Part shown: piece by piece, positions 21,872 through 33,432 of the stretch
Layout of the letters: every line of letters begins with the position of its first letter
Position numbering within the stretch: position 1 is the stretch's first letter
NCBI GenBank assembly: GCA_965202585.1
Contig: OZ241829.1
Coordinates: 37,014,001 to 37,078,000 of the forward strand
Length of the DNA stretch: 64,000 nt
Source: Thalia democratica
Lineage: Eukaryota
Direction: 5' to 3'
Position numbers and translations under genes: made by a program
The notes under the pieces: generated by a model
Told to the model about the DNA's origin: nothing
Database searches by the model: none
Seen by the model: the letters and a program-made list of their open reading frames with translations, nothing else

Positions 21872-23199
21872 CATAGCTTTGAAACGAATTAAGAACTTTG
21901 AAACGATCTCACCACTATGCATTGTGTGTTTATTTCTAAAGTCATCTAAATATCATGCTTAGTGGATAACCACGAAACTTCCATCTGTTTTTGCTTTTTG
22001 TTTTGCTTTTTTTATTATTCGCTAATAAATTTTACAAGGTCTTGTAAACAATGTATATATATGTATATTATTTTAAGGTTCGAAAAATACTTAGACGCTG
22101 AAATAATTTAGAAGGCAGATATTTTGTGTATTTTATATATATTTTGTTAAGCATTTAACTAAATATTGATAAAAATTGATTATAAAACTATTAATAGAAG
22201 TAGTGTCTTTTATTTGTCTTAGGTAAAAGTCAAAAATAAGTAAAGTACAAAAACGTAGTATAAAAGTCCATATTAATTTTTAAAGTTCTTTCTTGTTTAA
22301 AATTAATTGAAAAACACTATTTAAGTAGTATAAGCTAAATGGAAATAAAATTCAAAATTTTTTTTCAACCATAACATATTTATGTTTGTTTTTTTAAAGG
22401 TATTAACAAGTTTAAAACTCTATTTACATTTTTTGGTATTTGGTGTCAATAATTCAAGCTAAAATTTGATTAGTTAGTTTTATAGAATATTTTTATTAGA
22501 ATTATTTTTTATTTCTGTAATAAGTCATTGTTAATCCTTTTAGGTCGTTCACTAATCAGTATTAGTTGTAAGAATAATATTTACTGAATTCTAAAGATTA
22601 TTTTTGACTAATTCTTACAATCAGGAAAGTATTTGTTTGTTTAAATATTAAGTAAACTTGTTTATGTTAAAAAATATAATAAGCATAACAAACCAAAACT
22701 TATAAAAAACAATTGAAAAAAAGTTTCAATCCTTCGTTATTTTTTTTAAATTTAATTGTCATAGATCGTATTTATTATAAGTCTTACTTAAATAAAAGTA
22801 TAAAATAAGATATATTAAAAAAAACATATCAATAATACAAATTTTTTATCTACGATTGATAAAGAACGAAACTGTTATCTTTTACCTGATACGACACGTT
22901 ATATTGTTATTGTCGTTTATCCTGCAACGTTAGACTCACACATTAAAACTTGAGCCGCTTAAACAGATGACACACGAAGAGTAAAAACGAAAAAAGCCAG
23001 AACTAAAGGGGCAGATATTTTTTAACTTTTAAATGTATAGAAAATAAAATTATATGCAATTAAACAAAATAAATCAAACAAACAAATATGAAACTTCGTA
23101 AAAAAAACTAATCGAATTTTAAAGTCACAAACATAAGCCTACTATAGTTTTTTTTACTTATATAAATAACAATCCAATATTTTTCAATAGAAGTTTCAA

Positions 23200-24370
23200 T
23201 GTTTTACAAAGTGAAGTATCATATAGCTTAAGAAAACTAAGTATCAAGAAAACTAGTTTTATAAAGTTAATGAAAGTAGCTACAAGTCACGTTCAGTTTA
23301 GCTTCGATAACGAGATTTATATTCAAACAGACAGAGTGGCTATGGGGTCTCCTCTTGGGCCTACTCTCGCAAATATCTTAATGGGATACTTAGAATTTAA
23401 AGTGGTTGATGAGTTATCATCCCAAGTTCTTCTTTACATAAGGTACATGGACGATTGTCTAATAATTTCACAAACAGAGAAAGTTAATGAGACTTTGTTT
23501 TGTAAGTTAAACGTGTTACATGAAAAATTTAGTTCACTAAGGAAATAGAAACCAATAACCAAATTCCTTTTTTGGGTATATTGATTACAACGAGTAAAGC
23601 AAAATCCTTACCAGTGTGTATAAAAAACCTTCTTTTACAGGGCATTATTTGCATTTTAAATATTTCTATACAAAAAATAGAAAAATAAACATGATAAGAA
23701 TCTTCTACCATCGGGTATGTATAATTTGTTCTCCTGAATTGCATCATACTGAAACAGAAAAGATTAAGGAATTTCTAGTCGGAAATTGTTATCCATTAGA
23801 GCTGATAAAAAGAGTCATTAAATCACACGATGACACCGTAGGAAGCTTTAACTGTTTCGACCGGAGAAATTTAATACGGTTCCTAGGCTACCATATTTAG
23901 GTAACGTATCAAGTTAATTTGAGAAGAAAGTGCAAGAACCAACACAGACGACTTATAACCAAAGAAAGTCTAGAGTAATATTTGTTTCTAAACCAGTTCT
24001 TAGATTGGAACTAAAAGACCCAATATCCTACCTTAACAAAAGTTGTATTATTTACAAATTTAATTGCTTCTGCAAAAAAAGTTACATTGGACAAACATTT
24101 AGGTATCGAAAAACGAGAGTGAATGAACATATACCTAAATAAAAATTAAACTTTATAAAAGAAAAGACTAATAATAAGACGAAAGCTGTTATAGATGCGA
24201 CAAAAAGATCTTCGAATCTAATTAATAACTTCGATTGTGCAAACAACTATGTTTTATCGAGATTTAAGGTTATTAACAATTGTACAAATTCCATTGATTC
24301 ATTTAGATTAGAAGCAATCTCAATATTTCAAAATAAAAAGAGCCGAATTATGTAATCAGAAAGAGTTTGA
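23200..24370 (+). mobile_element. Degenerate Penelope-like retroelement (RT C-terminal part + GIY-YIG endonuclease)
   Basis: Frameshifted pieces: YIQTDRVAMGSPLGPTLANILMG...YIRYMDD; FTKEIETNNQIPFLGILI; VYKKPSFTGHYLHF...ICS...GNCYP; LPYLGNVS; SCIIYKFNCFCKKSYIGQT.R...RVNEH; RLEAISI. Confidence 0.88.
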
Positions 24371-27300
24371 TTATAAGGTTTTTTAATTATTTAAAATAGT
24401 TTTTGGTTATTTTTTTACTTAAAAGTGTCTTTGTTTGTTTTAATCTTTTTTTTTGTACCTAAAAATTTTTATTCTCGCAGTAATTACTATCTTACAATAA
24501 TTGATTATTTAAAAAAATGGTTTTCGTTGATTGTTTTTTTACATCAATTTAATTAGTTTAAGTAGTTTTCTAAAGTTTATTGTTTTTAAATAAAAGTTTA
24601 TAGTTTTGTTTCAATTGTCTGCAGTAAGTTTCTAAAGAGTTGCAGTGAAAATATATTTAAACTTTTATTGATAAACATTTGATTGATATTTATACAGATA
24701 AGAAAATTAAAATTTTAAGTAAAAACACAATATAACATAATACTTTATAAAAGTACTACAAGATAACACATCACAATCTTTCAAGTCAAGTAATCGAAGA
24801 AGGCGTAGAAAAAAAAATTAAAATTTTTTATTCATAAGTAGTAAATATTTTTAAAAAAAGTTAAGTTCTTTCGAGTATTTGGGGGTATTTATCAAGCTTT
24901 AACTTCAACTATTTTGTCTAAATTATTTTTTTTTAGTTTTGATCGAAAATTCTCTACCCTCCCGGCCAAAACTACTATATGTGACGACTTATTCCACAAG
25001 TTCATTTATTTGTTGAAAAAAAGATCTTTTTTGTTAGCTCTTTGTAAAATCATGATTAGATTTAAAAAAAATTCTTTTTGTTTCCTCTTAAAACATAGTT
25101 CTTTTGACAAAACTTAAAAGTATGATTAACGAACACCTTATGTTTAAGCCAAGTCTAATTAATCTAGATAAATTGGAAATGTTACAGCGATTAATAATTA
25201 AACAAGTAAAGCTTCTTTGTTTTTTCTCAATTTTTTGATGTATTTTTTTTAGAGTCTAGCTTATAAAGAACATATAGCGTAAATAATTTATTTAAAATAG
25301 TAACCATAGCTTTGAAGCTTTTGGATATTTTGATATTGATACTATACAATTATACGTTTAAATATATTATGCTTGTTTAAAATCAAATAATAACTAAACT
25401 TTTGTTTTGAAACAAAAGTAGTTCAATTTGATACTAAATATAATTTTACACAATGCTGCTATAAAACAACAGAACAATTTATTTTTTCAATTCTTGACTA
25501 AAATCGTTTTCTTTATTGAAGTTTAAATTTTAGGAAACAATCTGAAAAGGCTAGCTTATTCGTTTTAAGTGCTTAAATTTTTTTATTGATAATAAAATAT
25601 ATATACAGTAAACGTAAATGTAAAAGTTACTATTGTACATTTAAATTTATCAAATAACATTAAAAATAAAAGAAAAAAACATTTGTTTTGTAATAAAAAA
25701 ACTTATCAGATTGTTACTGTTATAAATTTTGAAGTCAATTGTAAGACTTTGTGGTATAAAAGAATCATGTTCTTTAATGCATATTTTTAAGTTTGTGTGA
25801 TATTTCTTAGAAGAAAATAGAATATCAAGCAGTCATGTTAAATCAATAAACTTAACAAAAAGAAACAAAAACACTGTTGAATTTTTTAATGTAATGAAAC
25901 CTGTACAACCGCTAAAGTACTAGTTTTGTGTCAAAATCTCTTTAGTGTTTTAAGCATAATTTTGTTCACAGATTAATAAACAGGTATAAAAAATGTTTAA
26001 AAGCATTGTCAATATAATACAAGATGTTTAGTAGGAACCTTAGAAATTACTAAAACTGTTCTGTCAAACAGCCTCGTCTAAAACAGACTAAAATAATTAG
26101 ATTTACGCTTAATAAGTAGTGCTGTATAATACACATAAAATTATGTTAAAACTTAAAAGCTTTTTTATTAAAACTGTTGAAAGTTTAAATTTCTACTACA
26201 AAATATTTATATAAAAATATTATAATATGGTTAGTGTATATTTTTTAGAAATTACAACAGTTCCTTTAAAATTCACAGCTACTAACCGTTTATTCTACAG
26301 TTATGTACTGTAAACTCTAAAAATCTAACTCTACTTCAGAGTGGCATCTGGTAGTAGCGGAAAAAAAATCAAAAATAAAAAACTTCGCGGGCCGCAGTTG
26401 TAGTTTTAGTTTCAAGTTGACTTTTTCAATGTCCATAACAGGCGTCGGAATATATATTGTTTGTCTGAAATATCTAGCCAATTGTTACTGAGACCGTTTT
26501 TAGATCTTCATTTCAAAAAGATTTGTAAAAGTTTTTGACTATAAATTTCATATATTTCTCGATCTAACAAATTTGTCTTAAGTTATTTTTCAAAGAAGTG
26601 CTGAAAAACTGCTTTGTTTTGAAATTTTGTTGATGTTTTATGTCATTTCACTCTAGCTTTCTATTTACATTTTTTTTGTTAAAATCTCTAACTTAGTAAT
26701 ACTAAAAAATTAAACTTATGCCTATCTTTAAATGTATGTAAAAGCTTTAAGTTAAAGAAAAAATTTAGTATTTTAATGCTTTTTCATATAGAAGTTTTAT
26801 CAGTTTAGTATTTTATACTGACGTAGCTTTAATTCACAAGTTAAACTTAAATGGGTTTGAAATTAAAAACGTGTATGATGTTTGTTTTAAAAAGTTGTTT
26901 ACAAGTTTTACCGTAAAAAAGGCTGAATGCCTCGTGTTAAAGCAAATTAAAAACTAAAAGTGGCTAAATTTTCAAGAAATAACAGTTAAATAAAACATAT
27001 TTTGAAACTTAAGAATAGAAAAAAAAAACTAGAAAAATATGCATCTTATTTAATTTTGCCATAACTTTTTTAGACTTTAGCTAGCTGACGTTAACTCCTA
27101 TGCTAATTTGCACGTTATAGTCGTACTTTCGCTTTCGTTTTTACTAAACTTTAACTTGGTTTCATGATTTCATACAAAGAAGTTAAATTTTCATTTCTTT
27201 CAAAGATTTTGGAAAGCGTTTTTAGCTTTTTATTGATATTTAGTTCCGATTATATTTTATTGATACTTCACAGTGGATACAAAACGGATTGGAGCGGAAA

Positions 27301-27597
27301 TGTAGGTGAAAACTAGAATAAAATCAGTGTTTTTATAAAAACTTACTCAATAAAAATGTCAATTAATTACGTCAAAAGATTTTTTCTTACTAACTAAGAT
27401 ATTTCCCATCAGAACAAAAGGCGTCATCCATAAAATAGCACCTTTCTAAAATGTTTTGCTTTGTGCGTTTTTATCTAACAAACAAGTTTATTTTAAACTT
27501 TAAAATGCTCAATAGAAGTCAAATGTAAAATTTAAAAAATTGAAAATAACATATTCTACTTAAACTATTCAATAAAATTTAAATGATAACTTCTATA

Positions 27598-27692
27598 GTC
27601 CTTGACAAGACGCTAAAAGGTATCCGTGGTGTGCGACTCGATAACCAAAAGGTTCTTCGTACACCAGCTCTTAGAACCAAATATTTTAAGCG
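27598..27692 (+). repeat. SINE-like dispersed repeat, copy 2
   Basis: Reverse complement of the 496-605 core. Confidence 0.7.
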
Positions 27693-27959
27693 TGTCATAG
27701 AATACGGTTACAAGTGTCTAAAAACGATAAAAATTTATTTTAAGGGTTTGTGACAAATATTTTTAACCTTTTCAACATCTGTTAAACTTATTATTTATAA
27801 ATATATATATTTTTTTACCTTCAGTTTGTCAGTAAAATACTTAAATCTTTCAAAGTTCACTAGCTTAACGATAAAAAAGCTTATAAAATACATTTTCTTC
27901 TGTAAAAAACTCAAAAATAAGATAGGTATACTGACTAAATTTATCTTACAAAATTTTAA

Positions 27960-28434
27960 AGCATATTTTTTGCACAAAAAATTAAAATAATTTTATGTGA
28001 AAGTATATTTTAAATGTTTGTTCTTTGATGGATGATTTCCTGCTGTAAAAGACATCATAATATGATCCATGAAAAGACCCTTGAAATCTTCTCGTGCCAA
28101 CTTCCATAACTTCTGTTGTAAACGAAATTTTAATTTTGTTTTGAAACTCTAAATAAAAAAACATTGGCTTTAAAGCCAGTAATTTTTAATGAAATTTCCT
28201 CATCTCGAGTTGCTAGTCCTCTGTTTACTTTAGATGCAAGATAATTTAATTTGAGTTGGTATATTATAATTAACCTTTTTAGTAATGAGCTTATGTTCAG
28301 CAAAAACATATTTATTATATTATATTGAGCATTCAATGGTTCGTTGCCTACAAAACTTTGTTCTTAGTACTTAAATGTTTAATTCTTTAAAGTTTAAAGT
28401 TGGACTAAGTTTTGTCCCAGTTTACCGACCCCTG
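27960..28434 (-). mobile_element. Possible internally deleted hAT element remnant
   Basis: The minus strand starts CAGGGGTCGGTAAAC (hAT-like TIR), followed by weakly transposase-like degenerate coding (FLLNISSL...KLNYL...FKANVFLF). Confidence 0.35.
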
Positions 28435-28782
28435 TTTTAACATTACCTTTTTTTGAAAAAAGTAAAGTTTAAAAAATAATACAGCTATCAAAAACCCTTA
28501 TTCAAACAAACTAGTCAGGCTTTGTAGTCAAAATCATTGACGTGGTATTTTCAAATTATAAAAATATTGTTCTAAATAAACTATTATAACTAAAAAATGT
28601 ATATACAATACAGCAGTAGCTCACAAAGCCATCAAAAGCTATACACAAAAAAATATTTAAAAAATTCTCTGTGTGTATAAGAGTGTTCAGTATACATTTT
28701 GTTGTTTTAATTATTTTGAGTATGTTTAAAAAGTATTTATTGGTACATAACATATTAAAACTTCTTAGAAACTATCAAAATG

Positions 28783-29366
28783 TAGAACGGGTCAAATATG
28801 CACGAAAGGTCAAATTTGCACGAAGACACTTTTGCACGAGAGTATAAAAATGAAAAAATAAACATTATAAAAAAACAAGAAAAAAAAAGTTACTGACCGA
28901 GGGTAAGGGTTAGGGGTAACAGTGATAGTAAAAATAATAGTAATAAGAAAAAAATAACAACAATTATTATTAAGAAAAAAAAAAACAAATAAAAAAAAAT
29001 AATAAAAAATAAATAATAGTAAGTATTAAAAAAAAAAGTTATTAAGCGAGGGTAAGGGTTAGGGATAACAGTGATAGTAAAAATATGTAATAAAAAACAA
29101 ATAATAACTTATAGAAATTACTAATAAAAGTTAAAAACAAACAAAAAAACAATCATAATAACAAAGTTAATAAAAAAAAAAGTTACCGACTGAGGGTAAG
29201 GGTTAGAGGTAACAGTGGTAGTAAAAGAAAAATTAATCAAAAAAAAATTAAAATCAATAAAAAATTTTAGTAAATCAAAATAAAAATTCAACCCGTGCAA
29301 AAGTGTCTTCGTGCAAAAGTGACCCCTCGTACAAAAGCGTCTTCGTGCGTATTTGACTCCTACCCG
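28783..29366. mobile_element. MITE with modular TIRs (TTTTGCACGA subrepeats) and internal ~145-bp-period repeat; MULE-like by TSD
   Basis: Inverted subrepeat arrays lie at both ends. There are three copies of GAGGGTAAGGGTTAG.GGTAACAGTG.TAGTAAAA at ~28899, 29048 and 29192. Direct repeat TCAAAATG lies at 28775-28782 and 29367-29374. Confidence 0.8.
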
Positions 29367-29949
29367 TCAAAATGAGTTTTAAAGTAAACTAAGGTTAAAA
29401 ATAATCCGACAAAAATTTTTGTGCCTAGTAAAACAACTACTCTATACACAAACTTTTGTGCACAGATTCACATCCAGAGATGCACTACAACAAGCTATTT
29501 ATCGATGTTTTATACTATCTTTTCAATGTTGTTATTTTATTTTTCGACTACAAATTATACCATAGTTAAAAAGAACTGTACCAATAAACATTGGTGTATT
29601 ATTGAAGTAGCGTTTAAATAAGCTTAAAGTTTTGATGCATATTAGTAAAGTGTTTACGGTTTTACAAATTAACAATATTTTATATTAGTATATAATAAAG
29701 TTAGCGACGTTTCTCAGTACAAAAAATGTAAGTGCTTTAAAATGTAGAATATATAAAGAGTTAAAAATGTGTTTTTTATAAGTACGAATTGAAACACCTA
29801 CAAATATTCATTAGTTAGTAAAAAACTAGTATAAATATATGCGTTTAAACTTTATTAGAAAACATAAATCTATACCTCTTATATCTTCTATTTTTCGAAG
29901 TACTTATGTTTATTTTTCAGAATTTTGTCGAACTGTGTTGTTCATAGCA

Positions 29950-32450
29950 CAAAGAAAAATCGTTAGTTTTGATAATTTAAGTTATTTTTGTAGTTGTTTT
30001 TATTGTACCCAAACGAACTTGCTTCGTTTTGTATTTTTATTAAAAACCAACATTTACTACCAGCATTTTGTATATTTTGTTTTGTTTTAGTAAATATTTG
30101 TTGATTTCGACGCTTTGATCTCAGATGAAAAACTTTCCAGCTTATCTCATATCCTACTTTGTTACTGGCAAATTTGTGAATATGTTTATTAAGTTTAGTT
30201 TCTTGTACGTATAGTTTTTGTTTTCAGTTTTGGATCAAATGTAGTTTCATGGGTTGTTATACTTTCTTAAATTGAATAATTCTTTACCTAACGTAAACTT
30301 TGGTTTCACTGTCTGTTTTGATTTTGGCTATAGAAAATTTTGGTAAATTAAAACGTTTTGTTTTCAGTAAGTACTTCCCTATAAAGGCATGGCTTTTTTA
30401 TTGTAGTTGCAGGATAAAATAGAATCATTGTTGTTTGTTAGTATTAGCCTTTGTTGTGGCTTGTGATGTTCGGCTTGGAACTGTAGATTAATTTTACGTT
30501 ATTTGAATAAAAACAATTTTCTGCATTGGTGATCACAGATTTACAAGATTTAGGGTAAAGTTATATACTATTACGTTTTCTATTTCTTTTCTTTTAAGTC
30601 TTCATAACTCATTTCGTTTTTTGATACCTTTGATTTTAGTGGGTTGTTTGTAACTTTTTCTGCACTGTCAAATCTCCCATGACTACTAAATCTCAAGTTG
30701 TTTTATTTTACTGCTGGGTGTGAGGTTTATTAAACATTGAGTAAGGCATAGCTGATTTGGTTGTTAAAATTTTTGGAGGTGTAACAGGAATTTTTGTAGT
30801 GTAGTTGAAATCTAGAAAGTTTACCATCAGTGCTTGCATGACTTATCGAATGTAGCTTTGATTCTAACTACCTGAAAATTTCGTGTTTGTTTTTATTTTC
30901 TGCTGTTTCATCTTGTTGTTTTTTTATCGCTAATAATCTGTTATCTCTACTTAGTCTTATTTGTGTTTTAACCTTTCTAGCAAATAATGTCCGGTAGGGT
31001 GATTCTGTTACCCCAACTTTTGAATTTCGCTTAGTAAAATTTTTTGACGTTGGAAAATCACATGAATAGAAAGCACAAAAAAAAATAGTATCCTAGCTTT
31101 AAGTTTTCTGATGTAAATTATTTTTGAAAATTTAGTTTTATATTGGTATATTTATGAAGGGGAAAAAAGACTTTTTCACTAAAAATCTATTTTCTCTTAC
31201 GTTTTTTGAGATAATTACTTGAAACGGCTAGGAAATGTTCCTTGCTATATTTAGATATTTTGTTATAACAAAATTTAGAAAAATAAAAATAAAAATTATG
31301 CGAAAATAACATAAACATTTTTTTTTTCTTCTACATACATGAAATCTCATTTTGTGATGTAAATAGTTGATAATAACAAAATTTTAAAATGAGTGAAAAA
31401 AAAAACATAAAAAAATTATTAAAAAAAAAAAAAAAAAATAACTGATTTTATTTTTGTAATTTTTGCCATAATTTTTTTTTCTGTTTTAATTTTGTTGAGA
31501 CAGAACTTTCTAAATATAGCAAGGAACATTTCCTAGCCGTTTCCGGTAATTATCTGAACAAACGTGGGAGAAAGTAGATTTTTAGTGAAATAGTCTTTTT
31601 CCCCTTTATAAAAATACCAGTTAAAAGCTAAACTTTCAAAAGTATTTTGCTCCAGCAAACTTAAAGCTAGGAAGCTTATTTTTTTTACTTTCTATCCATG
31701 CGATTTCCCAACGTCAATAAATTTTACTAAGTTAAATTCCAAAACTTTCATTTTTGAGGGGCAACAGATTCACTCTAATGTCCGGCTATTTGACACACTT
31801 CTGCATATTTTAATCTCATTGTTATACCAAAAGTATAAGTTCCATCGCTGAAACTTTTATATATACTTTATATATTTGCATCGTACTGATCGTTGATTGG
31901 TTAGGACCGACTTTGCTAAAATTTTTATTTCATTGCTAGTTCCAGCTCTTTCTATCAAAGTTCCCTTTATACTTAGGGATAGAATTTTTTTAATGGAATT
32001 TTATAACTTTTATCTAGTTTATCTTAGTGTTTCATACAACTGTACAACTTACTCACTGCTAGTCAACTGATTTAGTTTATCAGATTTACATTTTTTTGTT
32101 GGAGTTCTCTAAAGTTATTTAGCTTATGTAACTTATTTCCGAGTATGTCAGATTGATCAGTCTTGTTACTGATATCTGTTCAAGTTGCCTTTGTAGTTTC
32201 AGTCTTCAAGCTTCAAAAGTTTATTTGCTTCTTCGTTAATAGAATTTACTAAATCTTTAAATTTTCTAATTTATGTTATTTTTTTCTAACAGCAGTAATT
32301 AGCATTTTGATGTGTTCCTATTTTGTTGTTTTGTAGAAATTTGAGTATTAAATGTTCCAAAGCTTTAAAAAATTCTGCTAAATTTTTAAGTTTAAATTTA
32401 ACTTTCTTAACAAAATTCCAATTCTTTTTACGTACAATGTATATTTTGTT
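29950..32450 (-). mobile_element. Highly degraded LINE relic (ORF1 end / AP-endonuclease start), interrupted by a MITE
   Basis: The minus strand is strongly A/C-rich. It carries the motif YVQETKL at 30191-30211 (APE QETK motif), and a remnant resembling an ORF1 Cys/His knuckle lies near 30830-30880. There are many stops and the boundaries are approximate. Confidence 0.4.
30995..31777. mobile_element. hAT-type foldback MITE, almost entirely palindromic, with perfect 8-bp TSD
   Basis: Termini are TAGGGTGATTCTGTTACCCC and GGGGCAACAGATTCACTCTA, with imperfect arms of ~350-400 bp. ATGTCCGG lies at 30987-30994 and 31778-31785. Confidence 0.85.
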
Positions 32451-33016
32451 TGATGGGATTTATTTTTTTTTTACAAAACTTAACAACTAGAAGAGCTTTT
32501 CTTCGAATAGAATTAATAAATTTGTCCTTGATATTTCTTTAGTGAAACTTACATTTTTTTATTTAAAAATTTTTAGGACTACAATAAAGTTTTAGTTTTA
32601 GTCAATAAACCAGTATGACTTCATTAGTAATTTGAAGTTTTTGAGGAAACACTTGTTGCATAATACGAAAAATGTATAATTAGATAGACAATGTGGTTAC
32701 AATAAAACGTTGTAAACAAAATTAGTCGAAAAATATGATCAAAAAGTAAGATCGGAGAAGTATGTTACTAAATAAAGATTTTTATTAATCTGAAAAACAT
32801 TCTCTGATTGTTTTGTAAAAAAAAATTTTGATGCTATTATGTTGTTAATGTTTATTTTACCCAAAACGTATTCTTATACTTTTTATTTGCATGATTTTTA
32901 GCTGAATAAAATAAAAATATATGCACTAAAATCTCTATTGATTTACTGATTAAAGCTAAAACTCCAAACTCTATCAAAGTTTTTAATTATCAATAAATTA
33001 TCAGTATATTACAATT

Positions 33017-33432
33017 ATGCAAACTGTGGCTCGCAGACTATATGCTGCATGAAAATCTAAACTTTGCGGACTGCAATAGACTTTTAAGTTAAATACTTTT
33101 TTTTAACAAAAACATTGATAAAAGCTTAAAATTAAGCTTTAACTTTAATAGTTGAAAAAATCGCTCAAAATAGTTGTTCTAAGGACCTGGTGTACGGAAA
33201 AACTTTTCGGTTTTCGAGTTGTACACCACTTTAGTTCATTTTAACGTCTTTTCCAGAATAAACTTTATTTATTAACAATTATCTTACCACATTTTTGTTA
33301 AAAATAGTAATTTTATATTCAGTTATTATATGAAACTGGAGCCCGTTCAAGACTTTTTTCTGTACAGTGCGGCCTGTGGTCAACTTTATGAACAAAAATT
33401 GACCCGCGACTTATAAAATATTGCCAACCCTA
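33017..33432. mobile_element. hAT MITE remnant containing an inserted SINE-like copy; similar terminal fragments at ~26385, ~34590-34635, ~35283-35320, ~53345-53410
   Basis: It has CAAACTGTGGCTCGCAG...TTGCCAACCCTA ends and GCGGCC/GGCCGC-type subterminal motifs. Confidence 0.45.
33162..33257 (-). repeat. SINE-like dispersed repeat, copy 3 (diverged)
   Basis: CGCTCAAAAT...CTGGTGTACGG..AACTTTTCGGTTTTCGAGTTGTACACCAC...TTAACGTCTT. Confidence 0.6.

Noticed and set aside
28901-28915. GGGTTAGGG telomere-like motif
   Set aside because: These are single units within a repeat core, not a (TTAGGG)n array or an interstitial telomere.
28889-29226. Three ~37-nt direct repeats separated by ~110-nt variable segments (CRISPR-like look)
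   Set aside because: The context is eukaryotic, the spacers are low-complexity A-rich and related to each other, there are no cas genes, and the array lies inside a TIR/TSD-bounded MITE.
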